DNA of 32,000 bases from Nanobdella aerobiophila (lineage in GTDB: Archaea > Nanobdellota > Nanobdellia > Nanobdellales > Nanobdellaceae), in the NCBI RefSeq assembly GCF_023169545.1, contig NZ_AP019769.1:600001-632000 (forward strand). The letters are read 5' to 3'. Under the pieces are notes generated by a model, which was not told where the DNA came from, did not search any database, and was given only the letters and a program-made list of their open reading frames with translations. Both the position numbers and the translations under genes were made by a program. Within the stretch, counting starts at the first letter, position 1, and the number at the start of each line of letters is the position of its first letter. This document shows, in pieces, positions 17,425-27,095 of the stretch.

Positions 17425-19152
17425 TTATTTGGTTATAGAGTATAACTTAAATATTTTATTAAAAACATCTATAACCTTATTATCTATATGTTCTATACCA
17501 CTATTATTAATCTCATTCAATATTTGGGATCTATAATTTATATCATTTATGCTGCCCGTCTTTTCACCATTATAATTGTATATTTCTGTTACACCTTCGG
17601 ATACTAAATATATCTTATCTTTTGTTATATATAGATCATATGACTTGTTTAAATTATTATCTATTAGAGTATACTTGTACTTTATAATTAATTCTTCTTT
17701 CTTATTTTCTATTATATCCCTCAATAATCGTGTATAATATATTATTTGTTCCTTGAATTTTTCCATTTCTATCAAATCAAATTTTTTATCCTTGAATTTA
17801 TTTATATTATCTTCTAGAGATTTTATATTATTATATTCTACAGATATATTATTATTTACATAATCCATAAATGGTTGATTATATAATAATTTAAATTCCT
17901 CCTTCAATTTTTCATATTCTGCAATATAATTATCTATTAATTTCTTTTCATTATCTTTATCTATTATATTCTTTAAATTCTTCATCTGAGATACAAACTT
18001 TTCTGCTATATTAAATACATTTATTAGATCTTCATATTTATATTCAGAGATTAATCCATGTTCGAAATCCTTCCTCATCTTCCATACAAGTTCTAAATCA
18101 TCTATATATTTTTTCTCTAGTAAGTTTTTTTCTACAAATATCTTTCTCAGATATTCCGGAGTTTCTTTCGGATCTGGAGGTAATATACCATAATCCATTA
18201 TAACAGATTGTGCAGCAGTAACCATGGAAACAGCTAGATCTTCAATTATAAGATTATTTATAGTATTTTTTAATTTATTTCTTGCTTCATTAATCGAATT
18301 TTCGGCCAAAGTTATATATTTATCAGAAGATTCCCTAGATGGCTTTATTATCCCTTTTGATAATAATTGTTTCCATGCTATAAACATACCCCTATCATAT
18401 AATGCAATACCATCCCTTAAAAATGTAATAATTACAGGATTTGATTCTGATAGTGCTAGCCAATATTCAGTTAATGTATATACTTGTGGATGTAATACCT
18501 TTTTTGATCCTGTCAATAATCTTGATTCTACTGCCTTTTCTGTAATTGTTGTAATTAATTTCGCCTTTAATTCCTCAAAGGTATGTTGCTTTACATCTGT
18601 ATCATCAATTACGACATATACATCAATATCTGAAGATTCTACACTTCTTCCCTTTACTTGCGACCCTGCCAATACATAAGCTACAACATATTTTTGTAAT
18701 AAATATAATATCAACCTCTTATGAACTGCGGTTAATTTTACTATTTCTAAAAATCCTTTGTCATACAATACATCTCCTAAAGATAATAGATCTAATAATT
18801 CAAACTTTGAATCCATTGATATATTTTTTATATCATCTATTAACAGTATATGCAACCAAATATCTAATTTATTGCTTTTTATCAAATCTAAATATTTGGC
18901 ACTAAATTCTGCCTTTAATTTCAATTTTTCTTCAGGTTTTAGATCAAAATCTGACAATATAACAATCCAATGTTTATAAGATTCTATTTCCTTTTTGTAT
19001 TTCTCTAATGATTCTTCATTAAATATAACTGTACTATAACTCATTAAATTTTTTAATAACTCAATTATATCTTCTTTCTTCTCCTTTATCTCCTCTATAG
19101 ACAATATTCTATCCTTATATTCTCCATTCAATATACTTTCTTTTAAATCCAT
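17425..19152 (-). CDS. Nucleotidyltransferase-domain protein with C-terminal HEPN-like domain
   Basis: 575 aa; VAYVLAGSQVKGRSVESSDIDVYVVIDD (GS...DxD, polymerase-beta-like NT) and downstream helical region with RKDFEHG (HEPN R-x4-H). Confidence 0.8.
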   Translation of the reverse strand: MDLKESILNGEYKDRILSIEEIKEKKEDIIELLKNLMSYSTVIFNEESLEKYKKEIESYKHWIVILSDFDLKPEEKLKLKAEFSAKYLDLIKSNKLDIWLHILLIDDIKNISMDSKFELLDLLSLGDVLYDKGFLEIVKLTAVHKRLILYLLQKYVVAYVLAGSQVKGRSVESSDIDVYVVIDDTDVKQHTFEELKAKLITTITEKAVESRLLTGSKKVLHPQVYTLTEYWLALSESNPVIITFLRDGIALYDRGMFIAWKQLLSKGIIKPSRESSDKYITLAENSINEARNKLKNTINNLIIEDLAVSMVTAAQSVIMDYGILPPDPKETPEYLRKIFVEKNLLEKKYIDDLELVWKMRKDFEHGLISEYKYEDLINVFNIAEKFVSQMKNLKNIIDKDNEKKLIDNYIAEYEKLKEEFKLLYNQPFMDYVNNNISVEYNNIKSLEDNINKFKDKKFDLIEMEKFKEQIIYYTRLLRDIIENKKEELIIKYKYTLIDNNLNKSYDLYITKDKIYLVSEGVTEIYNYNGEKTGSINDINYRSQILNEINNSGIEHIDNKVIDVFNKIFKLYSITK

Positions 19153-19174
19153 CCCATATATTTAAAAATTATAC

Positions 19175-19696
19175 TTATATTCTTTTTTTAAACCAAATTT
19201 CATATCTTGAATAGTCCTTATCTTCCTTTTTATCTTCTTTCTTTTCTTCTTTTTTCTCTTCTTTATACAAATATTGTTGACTTAGACTAACCAACCCTTC
19301 CTTTACATACCTAGATAATAATTCTAGACCTTGTGGATCTTCTTTATATTTCTTTAAATAGAAATTTATATTATCTTCCTTATATCTAGGAATTATTTGT
19401 ATAACAATATGCGTACTATTTGTCTTTGTATTCCCAGAAGATAATAATAAATTCATTCCATCATATTTTAAATTATTTTTCAATATAAATGAAATATATT
19501 TTGCTATAGTAAATAATTTTTGATTTATAATATCATTCAAATTTTCAAATTCCTCTAGGTGCATCTTTGGAAATACCAACACAGATCCTTTCGAAGGTGG
19601 ATATATATCTAGTACTGCTATTATATCATTATCTTCATATAATGTATAAGAAGGCAATATTTTATTTGCAATCTTACAATATATACAATCGTCCAT
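19175..19696 (-). CDS. HIT-superfamily protein with degenerate histidine triad
   Basis: 173 aa; CIYCKIANKILPSYTLYEDNDIIAVLDIYPPSKGSVLVFPKMH...HIVIQIIPR; Lys/Glu-rich C-terminal extension. Confidence 0.88.
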   Translation of the reverse strand: MDDCIYCKIANKILPSYTLYEDNDIIAVLDIYPPSKGSVLVFPKMHLEEFENLNDIINQKLFTIAKYISFILKNNLKYDGMNLLLSSGNTKTNSTHIVIQIIPRYKEDNINFYLKKYKEDPQGLELLSRYVKEGLVSLSQQYLYKEEKKEEKKEDKKEDKDYSRYEIWFKKRI

Positions 19697-19729
19697 AAAC
19701 TTAATAATATATATATTATTTATTAATTT

Positions 19730-20707
19730 ATGAATATTATATTTTATGTATTCATAGCAATACTAATACCATTATTGTTATACGCTTTTGTAATATATCT
19801 TTCCGAAAATATACTATTAAAATATGTAGAAAAATATTCTAAATACTATTCTTCATGGCCAAAATATTATTTATTAGTATATACTGCTGGTATTGCCTCT
19901 GCTCTACAATCATTCTTACCAGGATTATTAGTGGATATACTAGGAAAAGCTAAACTAGCCTTTTATTTCCAATTATACAATGTAGCCTTAGATTATACAG
20001 TAACATTAGGAACATTTATACTGGCATTTAATTTTAATAAAGGGATAATAGATAAAAATTTACTAGTATATATAACAATATCATATATATTAGAATTAAT
20101 ATTTTTATCTACTAAGGTAATAACGTATTTTGATGGTATAATATTGTATTTATCATTTATAATAATGTCCATAATAATATTTTATAAGTACAGAACAAAA
20201 AAGGAGAAAATTGAATATAAAGAAGAGAATAGTTTATATAGTTATTTCAAAGCATTGGTTTATACATTAGAGATAGGACTTGCGGTATCTTTAATATATG
20301 TTGGAGGTAATGTATTAAATAATATATCAAATACTTTATCCAATCTTGGTTTTTCTATACCGCTAATCGGCTTTTTAATTGCTATAATATTATTTACATT
20401 ACCCGATATAATATATGGACATTTGAGTTGGTTCAAAGAAAAGGACTTAAATACTAGTATAGCATCAATAACGGGAGAAGAGATAAGCGAATTTACAATC
20501 TTTACTGGAATATTAGCAATGATACACCCTATAGTATTTACAAACATCGATGTTATACCTATAATATCTACAATGTCTATTATGTACGTATCTATTCTAA
20601 TTTTGTTCTTTTCTTCTTATAGAGGAAAGATACCAAGGTGGGTCGGCATTATATTAATAGTATTAGGACTTTTAATGGGTTTTGTAGATGGTATTGTAAA
20701 TATATAA
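19730..20707 (+). CDS. Multi-pass membrane protein, probable Ca2+/cation antiporter (CaCA)-like
   Basis: 325 aa, about 10 hydrophobic segments; TLPDIIYGHLSWFKEKDLNTSIASITGEEISEFTIFTGILAMIHP resembles an alpha-repeat (usually LPE...G......GS..FN). Confidence 0.55.
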   Translation: MNIIFYVFIAILIPLLLYAFVIYLSENILLKYVEKYSKYYSSWPKYYLLVYTAGIASALQSFLPGLLVDILGKAKLAFYFQLYNVALDYTVTLGTFILAFNFNKGIIDKNLLVYITISYILELIFLSTKVITYFDGIILYLSFIIMSIIIFYKYRTKKEKIEYKEENSLYSYFKALVYTLEIGLAVSLIYVGGNVLNNISNTLSNLGFSIPLIGFLIAIILFTLPDIIYGHLSWFKEKDLNTSIASITGEEISEFTIFTGILAMIHPIVFTNIDVIPIISTMSIMYVSILILFFSSYRGKIPRWVGIILIVLGLLMGFVDGIVNI

Positions 20708-20742
20708 TAATTTAAAAAGCTTACTTATATTCTTCATAATAA

Positions 20743-20859
20743 ATGAAAAGAAGTTCAAGAAGATGGAAAAAATATTTAAGATCTAGATGGAAATGGCAAA
20801 GAAGGAGAATTAGAGAAGAAAAGAGGCTTAGAAAGGTTACTAGACTTAGGGCTTTATAA
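20743..20859 (+). CDS. Tiny extremely basic ORF (38 aa), possible eL41-like ribosomal peptide
   Basis: Not in supplied ORF track. Reads MKRSSRRWKKYLRSRWKWQRRRIREEKRLRKVTRLRAL*; Arg/Lys/Trp-rich single helix similar in character to eL41. Confidence 0.45.
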   Translation: MKRSSRRWKKYLRSRWKWQRRRIREEKRLRKVTRLRAL

Positions 20860-20877
20860 AGGTTGTGGAAATAAGCT

Positions 20878-20885
20878 TTTAAATA
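20878..20885 (+). promoter_or_regulatory. Probable TATA box for 16S rRNA transcription unit
   Basis: TTTAAATA about 26 nt upstream of the first predicted leader hairpin at 20907. Confidence 0.5.
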
Positions 20886-20988
20886 TTAAGATAAAATCTT
20901 TCTAAATACCTATGTGGTGTAGTCCTATAGATCAATGATATAGGAAATCTGAACATAGGTATAAAAGATGTAGAGATAATCTGAAAAA

Positions 20989-21008
20989 GGGATAATTGTA
21001 GTGGAATT
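20989..21008 (+). promoter_or_regulatory. 5' strand of predicted pre-16S processing stem
   Basis: GGGATAATTGTAGTGGAATT pairs with 22544-22560 AATTCTACTACAATCCC (17 bp including one G-U, 3-nt bulge). Confidence 0.8.
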
Positions 21009-21054
21009 AGCGGTCATACTTCTTGGGTTAAAGCCCACGGTGGTGATCCACCGA

Positions 21055-22538
<1,484 letters not shown>

Positions 22539-22543
22539 GTTAA

Positions 22544-22560
22544 AATTCTACTACAATCCC
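22544..22560 (+). promoter_or_regulatory. 3' strand of predicted pre-16S processing stem
   Basis: AATTCTACTACAATCCC complementary to 20989-21008. Confidence 0.8.
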
Positions 22561-22587
22561 TAAATTTCTTTCTTATAATATTTTTCT

Positions 22588-23796
22588 ATGTTCGAAATAA
22601 AATCAAAAGATGGTGCTGGCAGGATTGGAATACTAAAATATAAAAATAAAAAATTAGAAACTCCATTAATATTACCAGTAATAAATCCAAAAAATATGAT
22701 ATTACCTATAGAAAAGATAAAAAAGTACAATATTAATGCTTTAATCACTAATGCATATATTTTATACAAAAATAAATATAATGACGATATACATAAAATA
22801 TTAGATTTTGATGGGATAATAGAAACAGACTCAGGATCATATCAGATGCTTCATTATAAAAAAGAATTAAATATAAACAATATAGATATAATAAATTATC
22901 AATTAAAAATAAATTCTGATATAATTAATGTATTAGATATACCTACGGATATAGATAAAAATCATGAAGAAGCAGAAAATGAATTAAATATAACTATTGA
23001 AAGAATAAAAGAAGGAATAAATAATAAAAAAGATAAATTAATTAATGGAGCTATACAAGGAGGAATATATAAAGATTTAAGAAAAAAATCTGCTGAAATC
23101 GTATCAAAATTAGAAGTAGATATATTCGCAATAGGAACTATAGTACCATTTATGATAAATTATAAATTTGACAAGTTATTTGAACTAATTATTGAACCAA
23201 AAATTTATTTACCATTTAATAAACCTGTACATTTATTCGGTTTAGGACACACATTAACAATACCATTATCAGTATACATAGGCGCAGATATATTCGACTC
23301 TGCATCATATATATTATATGCTAAAGATAGGAGAATTATAACACCTTTCGGTACATTTAGATATAATGAATTAAAAAATTTCTATATAGAAACAAAAAAT
23401 AATATTTATCATATTGAAGAATTAAAAGATTATAATGATAATGAATTAACAAGTATTTTAGCAGAACATAATTTATATATGCTAGTAAAAGAAATAGAAA
23501 CATTAAAAGATGCTATAAAAAACCAATATTTAACTGATCTAGTAATAATAAAGGCTCATTCACATTTTTCAATATATAAGGCTACTAAATTCATTCTTGA
23601 AAAATATTATGATTATTTAAAATATTTAGAACCTATAAGAAAAAGATCTGGGATATTTTATGATGGAGACTTTAATGATTTAAGAGTAGATGTAAAAAGA
23701 GCAATGGAAAGATTAAAAGAAAGAGTAGATCCAAAAGATATAGAATATATATATGATTATGTTTATCCTTTTAATTCATTAAAAAATATAAAATGA
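22588..23796 (+). CDS. tgtA: Archaeosine tRNA-guanine transglycosylase, catalytic-domain-containing part
   Basis: 402 aa; RIGILKYKNKKLETPLILPVINPKNM, ITNAYIL, ETDSGSYQM, NGAIQGGIYKDLR, GADIFDSASYILYAKDRRIITPFGT, AEHNLYMLVKEI. Too short for the full C1-C2-PUA architecture. Confidence 0.92.
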   Translation: MFEIKSKDGAGRIGILKYKNKKLETPLILPVINPKNMILPIEKIKKYNINALITNAYILYKNKYNDDIHKILDFDGIIETDSGSYQMLHYKKELNINNIDIINYQLKINSDIINVLDIPTDIDKNHEEAENELNITIERIKEGINNKKDKLINGAIQGGIYKDLRKKSAEIVSKLEVDIFAIGTIVPFMINYKFDKLFELIIEPKIYLPFNKPVHLFGLGHTLTIPLSVYIGADIFDSASYILYAKDRRIITPFGTFRYNELKNFYIETKNNIYHIEELKDYNDNELTSILAEHNLYMLVKEIETLKDAIKNQYLTDLVIIKAHSHFSIYKATKFILEKYYDYLKYLEPIRKRSGIFYDGDFNDLRVDVKRAMERLKERVDPKDIEYIYDYVYPFNSLKNIK

Positions 23797-24293
23797 ATAT
23801 ATATGAGAAATATTTAAAATCTGAAATTAGAAAATCGAAAAAATTTAAGAAAAATAACACTATTAACATTATTTCTGTAAAATCAAATACCAAAAACTTT
23901 TCTATAGATATATTAAATAAATTAAATAATAAACATAATATAGGATATAAAATAATATTAAAAGAATATAATAATATTGAAGATATTATACTAGAAAAAG
24001 ATAGTATAATTATATTACCAATAGAAGGTGTATTCTTATCATTTTTAATATATAATTACAATAAAGAAGAAAAATATAAATATCTGATTACAAAAAATAA
24101 TGAATATATTTTTAATATTGGATATGATATATCTGAATATTATATATCGAAAATAAATAATTTAGAACCTGTATTTTTTACAGAAAAATATAAAAATATA
24201 CTAAAATTTATATATGATACAGTATCTTTAAAAGAAAAATATGTATTCGGTATTAAAAATACTTTAGAATACCTATCAAGATATTATTTATAA
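23793..24293 (+). CDS. Hypothetical protein coupled to tgtA (ATGA overlap)
   Basis: 166 aa; 4-nt overlap with tgtA; no recognisable PUA motif by eye. Confidence 0.65.
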   Translation: MNIYEKYLKSEIRKSKKFKKNNTINIISVKSNTKNFSIDILNKLNNKHNIGYKIILKEYNNIEDIILEKDSIIILPIEGVFLSFLIYNYNKEEKYKYLITKNNEYIFNIGYDISEYYISKINNLEPVFFTEKYKNILKFIYDTVSLKEKYVFGIKNTLEYLSRYYL

Positions 24294-24316
24294 AATTTAT
24301 ACATTAAATTATTATA

Positions 24317-24727
24317 ATGTCTGAATTCATGCTAAGAGGATATAAAATTGATGAATTAAGAAATATGTCCATTAAAGAATTTGCTGAGAAAGTTGCAGAT
24401 AGTAGAGTAAGAAGAACATTATTAAGAAGATTAAAATTGGGTTTTCCAGTAGAATGGGAGAACTTTTACAGAAAATGCTATTTACAAAAAGAAGGTAAAT
24501 ATAAGAAAACTGTTAGAACACACGCAAGAGAAATAATAATATTACCATTTATGCTAGGAACAAGAATAGGCGTACATAATGGAAAAGAATTTGTAGAATT
24601 AGAAATAAAAGAAAATATGATAGGAAGAAGAGTGGGAGAATTCGTATTTACAACAAAGAAAGTTCAACATTCCAATCCAGGTATTGGTGCTTCTAAATCT
24701 TCTAGATTTATGAAAGCTAAAAAGTAA
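24317..24727 (+). CDS. rps19: Ribosomal protein uS19
   Basis: 136 aa; RTHAREIIILPFMLGTRIGVHNGKEFVELEIKENMIGRRVGEFVFTTKKVQHSNPGIGASKSSRF. Confidence 0.96.
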   Translation: MSEFMLRGYKIDELRNMSIKEFAEKVADSRVRRTLLRRLKLGFPVEWENFYRKCYLQKEGKYKKTVRTHAREIIILPFMLGTRIGVHNGKEFVELEIKENMIGRRVGEFVFTTKKVQHSNPGIGASKSSRFMKAKK

Positions 24728-24729
24728 AA

Positions 24730-26244
24730 TTACCTTTTTAGGCTTTTTATTGTATATTTATTGAAAAATATCTTATATAATTTTAGTCTATATGGCAATG
24801 TATTTAAGAAAGGTATCCATGGTAGTAATGCTAATAATATGAAGAATCCTAATCCTGCTATACCTGTATATAATGTATGCCACCATGGTATATGATCTCC
24901 TATTATCTCTATTGCGTCTAAATAAAATAACCAATAGGAGCCTATTTGATATTCTTCCACATTAAATTTAATCATACCAAAATAATACTCATGTAACTTA
25001 TACTCTGAACCTTCTATATTATGTATTAGAGACATATCTGCAAGTAATCTATCTGTATATGTATAATCTAGAGGAGAATTATAAGGAGACTCACTTAATA
25101 ATATATCATCATATAATCCTGTTCTCCCCATCAAAACTAAAGATGCGATTACTTTTTCAAAATAATTATTGGAGTTTAAAGCAGAATAAATATTGCCATT
25201 GTCCTCAAAATATGTATATGCTGAATTTATTTGTTCTTCTTGCAATGTATAGTTTTCTGATTGGAATATAGATAAATAATTAGTTTCATTTAATGAATTT
25301 ACAAGAATATTATAAGGATACTCTACATAAACATATCTAGTATTAATTTCATAAGGATTTGTAGATAAATTATAAGGATTATAATATCCTAGAGGAGAAA
25401 ATTTTGAATATGTTGCAGTTCCAGATGTATAATTATATTCTTGAATTAAAGTAACTGCTAATAAATTTGGATAATTCTTTGCTGCATATTGTATATTTAA
25501 TTGCTCTATTTGCGGATAATACCATAAAGGTCCTAGAATAACTCCAAGAGCGATTATTAATCCTCCTATTAAACCCGCTCTAATAAACAATTTCTTATGA
25601 TCTGCTTTCACAATATTGTATTTAACATATTTTTTATCTATATTTGAAATTCCCCTCTTAGTTTCTAATAATATATGTATACCAATTAATAATGTTAATA
25701 TAATAGGAACAACTGCAATATGCCAACCATACAAAGCACCGTAATTTTCAGGATTTATAAAATATAAATAAAAAGAGTTCCATAATCCAGCACCACTCTT
25801 ATCATTATATTGAGCAACTATATTATAATTTAATCCTAATCCAAAGGCATATTGAATAGAAGCAACAAAAAATATTACCACACCTAAAACCCACATATCC
25901 TTTCTTCTTAAATGAGCTCCTGTAAAATACATTGTAATACCATGGATTATCATTAGAGTCATAAAAATTTCTGCAGCCCAGAAATGTATTTGAGATATTA
26001 ATACACCCCACCATGTAAAATTCCACCAAAATGGACCAAATATAACCATTATTACACCAGTTATTATTAAAATAATTAATGCAACAACCATAAAGATTCC
26101 TGTTTGAAAGAAGAATGAATTTCCATATTCTGGCAAATTTTCTATATAAAAAGACTCAAATATTTCTTTTAAATCTTTTAAAGTCTGATTTTTATTTATA
26201 ATATCTTTTACGAAATTCGATCTCATAAAAAATAGTATAAACAA
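24730..26244 (-). CDS. Cytochrome b (bc1/b6f-family) membrane protein
   Basis: 504 aa; bis-His helices HFWAAEIFMTLMIIH (H-x13-H) and HIAVVPIILTLLIGIH (H-x14-H), FTGAHLRRKDMWVLG, C-terminal TM after a long soluble insertion. Confidence 0.88.
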   Translation of the reverse strand: MFILFFMRSNFVKDIINKNQTLKDLKEIFESFYIENLPEYGNSFFFQTGIFMVVALIILIITGVIMVIFGPFWWNFTWWGVLISQIHFWAAEIFMTLMIIHGITMYFTGAHLRRKDMWVLGVVIFFVASIQYAFGLGLNYNIVAQYNDKSGAGLWNSFYLYFINPENYGALYGWHIAVVPIILTLLIGIHILLETKRGISNIDKKYVKYNIVKADHKKLFIRAGLIGGLIIALGVILGPLWYYPQIEQLNIQYAAKNYPNLLAVTLIQEYNYTSGTATYSKFSPLGYYNPYNLSTNPYEINTRYVYVEYPYNILVNSLNETNYLSIFQSENYTLQEEQINSAYTYFEDNGNIYSALNSNNYFEKVIASLVLMGRTGLYDDILLSESPYNSPLDYTYTDRLLADMSLIHNIEGSEYKLHEYYFGMIKFNVEEYQIGSYWLFYLDAIEIIGDHIPWWHTLYTGIAGLGFFILLALLPWIPFLNTLPYRLKLYKIFFNKYTIKSLKR

Positions 26245-26276
26245 AAATTTTATAAGATAAAAAGATTATTACACCG

Positions 26277-27095
26277 TTATATATTTATCAAAAAAGATCC
26301 TTTTGGAGTTATAGGAATTATTATATCAAATAATATTAATGTAGCTATTAAAAATATCAATATATACTTTGCTCCTGCTCTATAAGAATCATTATACATT
26401 TTTCCCATAGCCAAGCCAGCAAATATACCCTGTATTATAGATAAATTATACATTAAATTTGTTATATAATTTGTATTTATAGTACTCGTCTGACCCGGCA
26501 AACTTATTGATAAAAAAGGTAACAAAAATACTTGAAATGTAAATATTATACCTAAGAAAAACATGAATACTAGATATGAATCTATTATATTTTCGTGCAT
26601 TTCTGCTCTTTTAGATTCTTTTATTTTTCTAACCTCTACTAAACTATTTATAACAGCTTCCAGGCCTTTTTCTAAATTTCCACCGCTTTTATATATATCT
26701 ATTAAAGACTTTATTGTTCTTCTTATTGTTGAATTATTACTTTCTTCTCCAAACTCCATTAAAGAGTCTTCTATACTTATACCCCAATCTATTCTTGCTG
26801 ATAGATTTTTTAATAATTCATTTATTACACCATAATCATTATTTTCTAATTGTTTCAAAGATAATGGCAATGATAATCCTGATTTTAACAAATCCATTAA
26901 ATCTAATGAAAATCTAATGAATTGCTCCTCTTTTTGCATTTCTATCCTATTATTAATTTCTTGATATATTAGATATGGAAATATACCAAAAACTACGCCT
27001 GTAATTATGGCTTTGGATATATTAAAGTCCAATAAAAGACCAAACATTAATATTAATCCTATAATTAATATTATAGTAATTATCTCAAATCTCAT
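26277..27095 (-). CDS. Type II/IV secretion F-domain (T2SSF) membrane protein, TadC/FlaJ half-like
   Basis: 272 aa; FSLDLMDLLKSGLSLPLSLKQL...SARIDWGISIEDSLMEFGEESNNSTIRRTIKSLIDIYKSGGNLEKGLEAV, flanking TM helices. Confidence 0.82.
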   Translation of the reverse strand: MRFEIITIILIIGLILMFGLLLDFNISKAIITGVVFGIFPYLIYQEINNRIEMQKEEQFIRFSLDLMDLLKSGLSLPLSLKQLENNDYGVINELLKNLSARIDWGISIEDSLMEFGEESNNSTIRRTIKSLIDIYKSGGNLEKGLEAVINSLVEVRKIKESKRAEMHENIIDSYLVFMFFLGIIFTFQVFLLPFLSISLPGQTSTINTNYITNLMYNLSIIQGIFAGLAMGKMYNDSYRAGAKYILIFLIATLILFDIIIPITPKGSFLINI

